From positions 4,898,001 through 4,962,000 of the forward strand of contig NC_092671.1 of the NCBI RefSeq assembly GCF_964355755.1: DNA of 64,000 nt, given 5' to 3'. Shown here piece by piece: positions 40,565-52,800 of the stretch. Below the pieces are notes generated by a model, which saw only the letters and a program-made list of their open reading frames with translations, was not told the origin of the DNA and ran no database searches. Every line of letters starts with the position of its first letter. The stretch's first letter is position 1. The position numbers and the translations under genes were made by a program. The DNA comes from Antedon mediterranea (taxonomy: Eukaryota > Animalia > Echinodermata).

Positions 40565-43500
40565 TTGGTGTACATCAAATGGTCGAGACAAAATGGACCC
40601 AGGATAAAGATTCAAATGTGAATACAACTAGTTTGTTATTGTGCAAAAAATCGATTTGCTTAATGGTGTGAATTGGAATTCCGGAAAACATTCTAGTCAG
40701 TTTCACACGCTATTATACTGGAAACATTTTATAACCATAATAACTGCATAATTATTAGTCTACAAACTGCGTTTATGGTATATTAAAGTACACTAAAGCA
40801 CGTTTAGGTCGTAAATTAATTTCATTAGGGAACCATGCTGTAATGACATTTTGGGAAATCATAGGTCTAGATATACGAACTGTAAAGCATATTCCGGCTG
40901 TGCACTTGTTCAATAAAAGTAGTCATTAAATACAATGGAGTAGAACTAGTCATATATAGTAATTAGTGATTCTCGGTGAAAGTTGTCTGTGGTTTTTGGT
41001 TCGAATCCAATGTTGCTCCTTTTTTTCTGGGGAATCATGTGTCACATGTTCCAGACAATATATGCGTTTAAATTTCGGTATTTTTAAGACCAATTTATAT
41101 TTGCCTCTTTTCAATATAATTTGAAATACAAATATAAGTGTATTGCTTTTGTTGACCAATACCGGCCTTATTCCTTGACGACCGTACATCGGTTTTCTGG
41201 TGAAAGGCTTTAACTAAAATTTTGTGAATGTTATTATTAATATTCGATTTTTTTAGGCATAGAATAAAGTCTACATAGGACCGTATATGTATAGTGTATA
41301 TTTCAAATAAGTAAATTTCTTAATTGTATCATAGCAAAAACGTTGGTCAAATCTTCAATAGAATAACAAAGACATTAATGTTATACGATTTATTTGTTGT
41401 TAAAATGGTATACAGTGTACAAATACATTAAAAAATGAAAACCATACAATATAACCATTATCTGTTTTAGCACAAAAACGTTTTCTTTTTTTTCACTAAC
41501 CATTTTAATCTTCTTTTACTTACAGTACTAAATCAACTATTTCAAATAACCTTAGAGATTATAGATGTGATGAACAAAAAATGTAATAAATGTTTCCTTA
41601 GCAAAACATAACACAGTAAACATCATTAAAAATTGGTATATAATGTAAAAACTAAATGTCCACTACTGATGATACAAAATGTATACACAAATGTGCAATG
41701 TTTTATATGGGCAGCCTTTATCCGTCTTTGAAACAACAATAAAATATATATTAGAGGTTACAAAGGATAACCTATATCAAATGACACGCCTATCCTTCTC
41801 ACCTAAAGCTCTGTCTACACTATCAAACTTTGTGACAACAAAAATGTGATGTGCCCATATATGGACACAATGACGTCATATCACACCTTTTTTGTCAAAC
41901 TAGATTGATAGTGTAGAGCTTTAAACTTGGTTTTCACTAGGCCGCAACACAAGGACACAAGGACATAAGCCCAATGCAAGTGATTTGACAAATCACAATC
42001 GATTATCATTTATTTAATTATCAAACTGTTGCCGTCAACTCGCTTGCGTTGGGTCTACGTTCTTGTGTTGCGTCCTAGTCTGAACAAAGCTTTAGTATCT
42101 GCATCTCCACCTATTTTTCAATTCAATAGTATACCCTTTCAACACTTAACAATTTAAAGTGTTCATTATTATAATCCCCAAAAAATATAAAAACATTTTT
42201 TCTAATAACTAAAATCATTTAATTTTCTTCTATAATTTTTAAACAGCTAATAAATGATAAAACACACTCTAAAGGTATTAAGTAGTTATCATAAACATCC
42301 AGTACTTATTACTTCAGCGTAATAATTGACTGATGCTGTTACCACTATGATGTTGAAGGTTAGATTCATTCTATATTCATACAACAACAATTATATCCAG
42401 CTTATTAACGAAAAATAGCCAGTAAGTTAATTGTTGATAAAAAGACCATAATAAAATACTACTTTTGTCCTAATGTCCAGTTGTAGGGACTTAATTATAC
42501 CCTGTGTGCTGTTGGCTACTTGAATTTTCAAGGCTGGAATAAACCAATTATATATTTGCTAGAAGAACAAAGTTAGCGTGCTTTACCAGTTTCAACAAAA
42601 GATGCACTTAAATCTGAAAAATTGCATTAACAAATGAATTTCATATAAAATTACAATACAAAGTTAATAGCTAAAATCTAGACAAAAAATGTCTTGCAAT
42701 TTTAATACCATAAAGAGTTATTATTTTTGTAACTCAGTAAATACAATTTTTTTTTTTGGTTGTTTTTAATTTAAACGGAAATAGTAATCTATAATTATTA
42801 TAGCAATTCAAATGAGTTACAGTATATCATAAAATAATAGTAATGAACTGCACTGTGAATGGACACACTACAGTTTCTAAAAAATAGTTTTACATTAACC
42901 AACATGCTCACAAAAAAAATGAATGACATTGCTAAAGATTGGTTCCCCCTTGGATGCAATGTAATAGTGTTGACCAACCACAAGATTGCACCAAACTTTA
43001 AGTCGGTTTTTAAAATAACTAAGTATTTTATGAATTTTGTCTTTTAAGTTGTTATTTTTTTGTTATAATTATGTGAGACGAAATAAATGAAATGAAAGTC
43101 TTAGATCACAAATTCCAATTGAGTTGACCAATCACAAGATGGCACCAAGCTTTAAGTCGGTTTTAAGTATTTTTAAAAAATGTTTATGAATTTTGTCTTA
43201 AGTCTTTTCATAAGATAAGAGGACTGGTTTTACAGAACTTCTTACTCATCTTGACTTAAGCACAAATTTGATACTGCCAGACCAGTATTGGTAAATTTTG
43301 AACAATACGAAAATAAAGGTTAGAGTTAACTGTAAAATGTAATATAGTGTAATGTATTATATAATATTTTCATACACAAAATTGTAGACAAACAAATATG
43401 TACATACCAAGTGCAAAAAAAATGAATACAAAAGTATTACAATTATTTAAAAAAAAGAAGTTTTTCAAGAATAAAAACATTCTAATTTACACATTAACAT

Positions 43501-43841
43501 AAAAATATCCAAATATGCCAACATAATTCAGCTAATAAGATTTGGCAATTACTTTCCTATTCAAATTTTTAAAGCCGATTCTCAGTATTGTATCTATTTG
43601 TTCAATAGCATACAATACGCAAATCCTGTGATACAGATCCTATGATTATAGATCCGAACATAACCCTTCACCTAACCTTCCTTGATACAAGTACTATGTG
43701 ATAGACATGATAATTTGCCTAGATACTGGACACATTATTGTAATGTGGAGATACTGAGAATCTGGTTAATTTTTAAATAATACTTTTTAAGTAAATATCA
43801 ACTATGAACATATTTTAAAAAAACAACAAACTGCAAGGTCT

Positions 43842-43871
43842 TCATTGAAGATTCTCGTGGTAGTGGTCAAG
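43842..43871 (-). CDS. CASC3: CASC3 last coding exon
   Basis: cttttttatAG acceptor, LDHYHENLQ*. Confidence 0.65.
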   Translation of the reverse strand, partial: LDHYHENLQ

Positions 43872-46800
43872 CTATAAAAAAGAGACAGATAATTTGTATA
43901 ACATACAGTATAATACTAATTAGTTAAATTCAAAGTAGGTAACTGGTCGAAAGTAGCATTTGTGTGTTATGTCTGTGTATTGTCAACACTTGTAATATGA
44001 GCACATCACATTTTTTGTCACATAAAGTTTGATAGTGTAGACAGAGCTTAACCATTTCCAAAATAAAAGTTTCAACTGGATGAAATAAATAATTGTTAAC
44101 TTACTATAATGTTATTAGGAGGAGCTTCTATCCTAACCGGCTGAGGTTGTCGTCTTGGAGGTACCCTTTGCATACCAAACTGGATTTCAGGTGAATAGTA
44201 GGTGGCGCCTTTGTATGTTAGTCCGTGGTTGTCTATCATAACTTCTTGTTGTATTTGTGGGCCCATTGAGGGCATGTTTTGCGTGGCTGCAACTGCTGCC
44301 TGAGGTACACTCTGAAATTATTACACAAATCAAATCAATGGCTACTACTATAAAGCTCAATATCACTGTAGCAAACCTGCTTACAAATTTAAGAGTCCTA
44401 GTTTCAAATCCTAGCTCTGTTTCAGTACCAGGATTTTTGTCTAAACCTAGTATACAATCAGATTTTTTTACAGGGAGGTTCGTTTTTTCTTCAAAAGAAG
44501 CACAAATCGACATGAGCTAGGCTAGTATTTACCATACTTCCACTGCTGATCTCTACTGTGAAAAGGGCCATTTCAGGAAGGTGGGTTCGTCTACTGTGGT
44601 TGGCTACAGGCTTGGTATAAGACTTATATCAAGACTATTAGAATTGTTTTACTTTTTTCATTTTATCTTCATACACATCCAACAGATAGTTACAACTAAT
44701 GATATACTATTGTGTGCTTATAGAGCAAGTCTAATTTGAGGCTTAGGAATTATAGTAGAAGGGGTCATGAGTCACTTGACACTAGTTTAACATTGAACCC
44801 ATGACCTTAGGATTTGAAAGCAGGCATGTTAATCACTAAGCTACAGCTCCACGATTAGTTCAGTCATCATACAGTTTAGATCATTCAGTTAACATATACT
44901 TACAGTTACTGGGAAATGTTGTACAGGTACAGGTGGAGCGATCTGATATGGAGCACTCATTGGTCCTGCTATACCTTGAGCTGGCCTAGGATGACCATGA
45001 CCAGGTCCTGTTAGTCCTTGCGCTGGTCTAGGATGAGAAGGTCCTGTTAGTCCTTGCGCTGGCCTAGGGTGAGCAGGTCCTGCTAGACCTGGTCTTGGAG
45101 GATGGCCATGCTGCGGCAGCGGATGACCTTGCACTGGGCTAGGCTGAACAGGAAGCCCTTGAGCTGGCCTTGTGTGTACAGGCTGTGGCACAGGGTGCCC
45201 TGGATTATAATGCACGTTCACAAAGGTAGTTGGAGGGAAGGCTCCTTGTGGCGGATGAGCTCCCATTGATACTGCTGGGTGTAACATTCCTGTATTCCGC
45301 GGATGACCAGGCTGTAAACCTGAATCAAGTCAAAATAAAATAATTTATAATTTAAAAGAAACTTGTTCTAAGATTCAATTAAATAATGAAATATAGTTTT
45401 GAAGCGTGCAAGTTTACTGTTGTTTTAAGGTTTCACAAATGACATGATACATTTTTCTAGTAAACTTAAAGATTGTTAGATAAAAATTTAAGATTAAATA
45501 ATAAATGATCCTGGAAAGTAATATAAATCTAATAATTATAACTAGAATTTAATTCGTCACTTTGACGAATTATAGGTGATCATTTTTATCAATTTAATGA
45601 AATTAACATTTTTTAAACATGCACGTACGTTAACATACCATCGTAAAAAGTTGATGTACGCCATCCTATGACATGATGCATATACACTTATAGCGCTGAG
45701 TTGTGCCTATTATGTGTCATACAATATGTACAGTATATACTGTATATCTATATACAGTGTAGCATAGGTAAAATTATGGGACCCACATCATGTTCTAATT
45801 TTTTGGTATAATGGAATTATCAAAATAAATTCGAAGATGACTATTTCGAAAGATAATGAATTGAGCAAATAAATATAAGGATTGGAAGAGAATTTGACAC
45901 GTATAAGCGCAATGCGTGCTCTTTGAAATTTGTATAACTTCGACTAAAGAAATTTAAAAACTACGTTTTAACTTCAACTGGCCACATGATAACATCACAA
46001 CATCCGATAGGCTTAATTTTTATATGAATTCATATCTACATTTCATCAGCTTTCATAATAAGTTATAATCTTCAAGGTCACCTTTAATTCTGAAGAGCTA
46101 TAAGATATTCAAATATATGGTGTAGCTGAAATTACACGACCTAGTTTATTCAAGTTTTTACGCGTGATGACGTCATCAAAATAAAAATGTTGACAACTCA
46201 TAAGAAAGATAATTAATTGAGCAAGCACATACTAAAATTTGTGCGAAAATTGGGTTCAAATAACGGAGATGCGCTCTATTGAATGTGATAACCCACACAG
46301 AAAGATAAAAATTACTATTTTTTTAATGGAAGTGGCCATTTGATGACGTCATACCATTTTGTACGTCTAATGTGTATACATTTATATCTACAACTTATTG
46401 GCTTCCATATTAAGTTAAAAAAATTAGGGGTCATCTTCCATTCTGAAGAGTTATATTCATTTTAAAAAGGCCCTACTTTTTACAATTTTTAGCACTTTTG
46501 TACAATTAATGTGCGCATTTTGTCATTTTTAACGTGCTCGTATAGCGTTATTTTAAGTCGGAACTGACTCAAATTTGGTGAATGTACTAAAGATGGTGAG
46601 TAGAATGAGATTTGTAAAAAAAATTCACATTTTTTATGCTTTTTAAGTATCGCGCGCGCAAATTTTTTTTTTTGCGCAGTAATTTTTTGAAACACGCAAA
46701 TGGCCTAATTCATGCTCTAAATTGATCAAAACTTAATTTTGAGCATTTTTAATTTTTAACGCGCGATTTCACGCGCATGACCCTACGTGCGCGTGCGTTT

Positions 46801-49800
46801 TTATTTGCTAATATTTTTACCCTTAACCTGAAGTTTACGTGAAGTGAATTTCATTAATATGTGATAATGAATTATGGAGATATGATTGATAATGTGATTT
46901 CGCAAAATGGCGTAAAAATGACGTCACGGACGAGTGATGACGCTGGAAAGCTTATTAGGATTAAGTTATATTATTTGAAAGATATTCTGAAATTTTGGTA
47001 ATCATTGACATTAAACTTTTTGAGATAATTGTTACACAAAATAGTGTACAGAAACAATAAAAAGAAAAATAATAATAAAGATTTTATACAATAACAATAG
47101 GTGATCATTTTATTCTAAATGATCACCTAATAATTCATAACATTATTTGTTTATTCTTCTTGCCCCTTGCATATTTGTTTTTGTGGCTGGTCTCTTTTCC
47201 CAGTAATTTTTTAAGGTGCAATACCCTATATGCATTTGTAACTCCTCCATCTATTTGTTATATTCTGTATGTTCAATTTTCGGAAATTCTAAATGGAATT
47301 GATTTATTATGTTGTATTTTACCAAAAAGTAGGAAAAAAAATCTTAAGGAATGTATTAAGAGAGCTCCTTGGAATTACTTACCTTGGACTGGTAAACTAT
47401 TTGGTAACATGGCTGCCGCATCAGAAAGCTGAGCTTGTGATGTGTCAGAAATTGAAGGTGGAGGCTGTGTAATTTGATTTGGTAGTCTAGGCGACGGTGA
47501 ACCTGATATATTTTGGCTCTGTCGCATTACTCCATGTGGAGGTGTATGTGACGAATCTGGTACGTTTGGTGGCGGTGTTCCATCGCTTCTGTAAACTTGA
47601 CCCTGATAGCCTGGAATAAATTACAATTTTAGTACATTTATAATTTGCCAATATTCATAAATTGTTACAGAGCCAACACAGCTTTAAAAACCACATATCT
47701 ATGACATTTTAACAACAAAGTTATTATTAATTTAAATGATTTTATAAAAAAACTGTACTTTATTTTTAAAAAACATTGATTTAAGTTTGTAATTATTATC
47801 TAATATAGTAATTTTTAGAAAACACTGCAGCCCTTTTGATGTGACCCCTGACCTGTTTGTAGTTCATTAATTTTCGCTTTAGTTGACTCCCTAGTTCTAA
47901 TATATTAAACTCTACCAAACATTTTGGGTGGATCCAAGGGCAAATTTCTCACAAAAATTAACCCTCAAACAAAGGATGGCTAATTATATAGGTCTAACTA
48001 GCCATAGCTCATGAACATTTTTGCCTCTTTTGAAGAAAAAACAAACTTCCTTGTAAAAAAGTTGCATTATTTTAGATCAGGATTATATTAAATAACAGAC
48101 AAGTTGCTGTAAAAACTAATTGATTCATTAAAAGTTTTGTGGACTTTGTACCTGGTTCATAATAATGTTGCGGTGGTGATTCCGACTGTCTACCAGCTCT
48201 TGCATCTGCTGGTGGTCGCTGCGATGAAAATCGATGAGGCCTGTTTCCTCCCTAAATAATGAAAACATTTTAACATTCAATGGTGTATTCGAAAGTAAAT
48301 TATGTTTAATAGGACACAAGTTTCTTAAATATGGCACAAGATTTACATCAAATTTGATATCATCAATGTTTCCTATTTGGGCATTCATTTACTACGGTAT
48401 TAACGTCAAAACAAACAATTAATTTACATTTCGTTTTTTGGTTCTTAGTAATGTTGCATAACAAAAACACATATTGTAACATTAGAAATGTAATAAAACA
48501 GTAATACTGTATATATTTTGATATCAGTTATCTCAAAGAACTTATAACACAAGAATCTCCTGTTCGTCCGAAGCGCGTAACAATTTCGAAAGGCATTGTG
48601 GGATAGAATAGAGCTATGGGTGGCGCCATTGTGAGCCATGGAGTAGGGCACCCGCATCAAATTAGAAAGTCAAAATCATAGAGGGGATCTGCTAATACTC
48701 TAGGGGGGTAGAGTAATTGACTTCCTAGTTTGGAGGGGGCGCTGCTCCATGCTGTGAAATGGCGTCGCCCAGTTTGACCTTTTAACCCTGTACTTCCGAT
48801 ACTGTGTTTTGAATGCAAATTGAAGAACAGGAGATTCTTGTGTTATAAGTTCTTTGGTTATCTTTACTAACCCTTCTTTCAGCTGCTGGAGCATGCATGC
48901 CCTTATCTGAAAAATTAAAATGTTATTTTATCAACTGACACTTGTCAATTATATATATTATTTATCTACAGTATGAGAACATTGCTTACCAAACATTTCC
49001 ACAAAGTAGCATAGTTCCTTGTAAAACTATCATGAATTAGATACAGTCATTCAATTGCTGTAAAGCTCTGTTACAAACTAGTTTGACAAGAAAGTGTGAT
49101 GTGTCCAAATATGGTAGTGATATGCTTAAAGTGCTATTACATCATTTTGTCCATATATGGGCACACCACATAAAGTTTGATAGAGCTTAAGTGTGAAAAT
49201 TAGGTTGCATGATATTTTAGGAAGGGATGCAACATGCAAACCCTAAAAACAAAACACCCCCATCCCCCAATTTACCTTCAGTTTTAACATGCTGTTCTTT
49301 AGTTTCCTCTTTAACAATTTTCCTCTGACCTCCTTCAAGGCGTATCTGAAAGTTCTGCAGTAATTTTGGAGCTTGACTATTTACTGCAGTACCAGCATCG
49401 TTTGCACTATCTTTAGGGACCGGCACCACAACAGAAATCTTTGGTATTTCTTTTATCGTGCTACGTTGATGGCGTCTTTGCGAGAAAGACTTTGCCTCTC
49501 GAGATGTAGCAGTCTCAGTCGCAAGATTATCTTCTACGCTTGTTGATGATGTAGTAGGCGTTGGTTGGGTTTGTATAGATTCAGTTTTTGCCGGTGAACT
49601 AGACAATTCAGTATTTTCTTTCCTTGTATCTTTGGCACCCCATTGCATTGGCACGTCACTATCTGTATTCTTACTAGCATCTGTTGATAAAGAGGGCCAT
49701 TCTTCTTCAACAACTGACACTTTTGAGGTGTCAGTTTCTTGATACTGCCTGTTTTCATAAGGCCTATTCACAACCGGGCCCTTACCTCGACCCCTACCCC

Positions 49801-52800
49801 TACTTTCATTATACCGCCCCCTATTACTGTATCTCATATCCCTATTTCCTGTACTTTCTTCTTGCCTCTTATCAAAACTGTTATCACCACCTAATCTATT
49901 TTGTACATTCCTATTATCATATCTGTCCCTTTGTTTATTTTCAAAACTGTCTCTATCCTGTCTGTAACGTGTATCCCGTTTATCATTCCTATATTCCTGC
50001 CTGTTCCTTCCTTTATAATCCTCTCCATCTCTTTTATCCCAGTTTCTATTTCTTTCCCTGTTCTGTTGTGCACCATCCTCTTGAGATCTGTTTCTCTCGT
50101 CATAACGATCTTGATTCGTATATTGTTTACAGTCATTATAAGTATTTCTATAGTTATTTCTTGTATGCCCACTTTGATAATTTTGTGTTTCAACATTCTT
50201 GTCATATACTTCATCCACCATTCTTTCTTCGGATTGTTTTGGATATGTTTTACGTCGCCCTCTTTGCAGACCTCGGCCAAAACCTCTTCTTTGTGGTGGG
50301 GACTCTCGCTTTTCTTCTGCCTGATAATCATTGTTTCTTTTATTTTCAATGTAGTCGGATACTAACGGTTTTGAGCGCTGTCCTCCCCTTCCGCGGCCAC
50401 GATTACCTCTACTGTAAGTAACAACATTAAAGATGTTGTTTTATTTAGAACATATGATACAGAATTCAGGGGGATCCAGGATTTTTTAAACAGGGCAGCA
50501 CTAGCATTATATTATTAATAATCTGTCAAGTATAGATCAAAAATTTGTTCATACTTTCATTTTAGCTGTCAAAAGATATCTGTGGCCGTATTCCCTTAAA
50601 TCAAGAAAATATTCCCCTTAACTTTTAAGGGATCTCACAGGTCCCTTTAAAAGTTTCCTTAATTAGTAAGTACCTTGTAAATAGCCCTAAGCTAGGTAGA
50701 GATGCTAGGCGCCATGTTGGTCTGTCCAGTAACCAGTCTAGGATTCATATGCCTCAACACAGACAGGTTTAAGCATACATAGAAGTTTGGTTGGTTAATA
50801 GCATGTAAACCTGTTCTTCTTGATCCTCACTTTACAAATTAGGCCTATATATTCATGTATTTGTTTTGACTGCTTTCTTTTTATTGATCATCACACACTG
50901 GCACTGGTTTATGTGTAAATTACAACTAGGCCACAGTAGGAAACAATTGAGAACCCCTAATATATACTTACCCACTGTTGTAATCATTAAAGGTCGGAGG
51001 TGAGTTTCGTTCTCTGATATCATATCCATAAACATGCATAACATCTCTATATGGCTTTGGTCCTTGTTCATCTAGATTGAATCTATCATGCCCCCACTTG
51101 CCTTTGTCATCCCAAAGCTTCTTTTTAGCAGGTCTGCCAATAGTAAAAAACAATATAATTAATTATGAATGATGCATACTGTATTACAGACTTTTCTACT
51201 TGTAATAATTTGACTCTATACATTTTCCAGGCCTTGTCTTTTGAGGGATGGGACTGTGCCTAACACACACCTAAAATGACCCCTAAGGTGTGTCATTTAC
51301 AGCCCACATGGTAAACTTCTATACATGAAGATACAACAGCATACATGTCTAAAAAAGTGCACTCCTTAATGCATTCAGACAAAATATAGTATTAACACCT
51401 ACAGGATACTAAACAAACCATACAATTTTTTTAAAAACCAATGTTGCTTATAAGGCTTAAGTAGTAACACCATAATTACCCAGAAAAAAAGGCAGGATTT
51501 GGCCATAAAGTAATAAACAAAAAGTACAAAATAACTCTTGACCTGATACATTGTTCAATTGGTTAAAGTATGCAAGCTTGGACTCCAAAGAGTTCAGTTT
51601 TTGAAGACTCCCCTTAAAAGTTTTCAAGGAAAAGCATTAAAAACAACTTCAGTAAAGTACTAGTCACTTACGCTTTAGTGTCTTCAGTTGAATCGGTTCG
51701 ATCATCATGCATAAAAAACAGACCTTGCTTAGGAACAAATTGGGGGTTCTCTGTGTCTTCTTTTTCTTCATTAGTTTCCTTAAAAAAAACAATGAAACTT
51801 TAAATAGTGACTTGGTTAGCTCTTGCTCTTGTACCACCAGAACCACTGGTTGGTTACTGTCTTCATAAGATACACCATAAGATATTACTGTTATTAAGAA
51901 AAAATATAAAATTTAATACATTACCTCCTCTCCCTCTTTCCATCCTTCTTCCTCGTTATCATCATCAATTATTTCACCTTCTTCAAGTTCCTCATCTTCA
52001 ACAATTACATCTTTCTCCTCTTCCTCTGTGATTTTTCCTTCTGATTGTACTTCATCTTCTTCCTCTAACACTTCCTCTCCATCACTAGAGACTCCCCTTC
52101 TCCTTCTAACTGGTGCCCCATCCTCATTATCAGAAACTTCATCATCATTATTTTCATTTTCCGATTGTTCACCTTCGACCTCTTCAGATTTGTCTAAAGT
52201 AGCACCAGTTTCTTCTTTATTATCAACAGGCTTTATTTCATCATTAATCTGAGGATCATCTTCATTATCTATTGTTTGTTGATTAGTAACAGGATCTACA
52301 TCACTTCCTTCTTCAATTTCACTTTCATTCTTTATATCAGAGGTCATCCCTTCAGCAGTTGACTGCAAATCAACATCTGATGGTTGTTCATCATCATCTC
52401 CTTGATATTTATCTGCAATAGCATTTACTACCTCCTCTTTACAATCATCTGTGGCAGCACTAACTACCTCTTCTTTACAATCATCTGTGGCAGCACTAAC
52501 TACCTCTTCTTTACAATCATCTGTGGCAGCACTGACTACCTCTTCTTTACAATCATCTGTGGCAGCACTAACTACCTCTTCTTTACAATCATCTGTGGTA
52601 GCATTAACTACCTCTTCTTTACAATTATCTGTGGCAACAATAACTACCTCTTCTTCCTTTTTTACAACCTCTACATTTTGGGTGACCTTTACATCAGATG
52701 TTTCTTCAATTTTGTCCACACTTTCAATTTCTGTCTTGCAAGTTAAATTTGCCTCTCCTGCTTCTTGTATCTTGTTTCCATCGACATCACTTCCAATGTC

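Noticed and set aside
49684-50421. Long antisense and alternate-frame ORFs (245, 154, 152 aa)
   Set aside because: Shadows of the compositionally biased CASC3 exon
52426-52655. 36-bp repeats as a possible CRISPR array
   Set aside because: Head-to-tail with no spacers, in-frame coding, eukaryotic context
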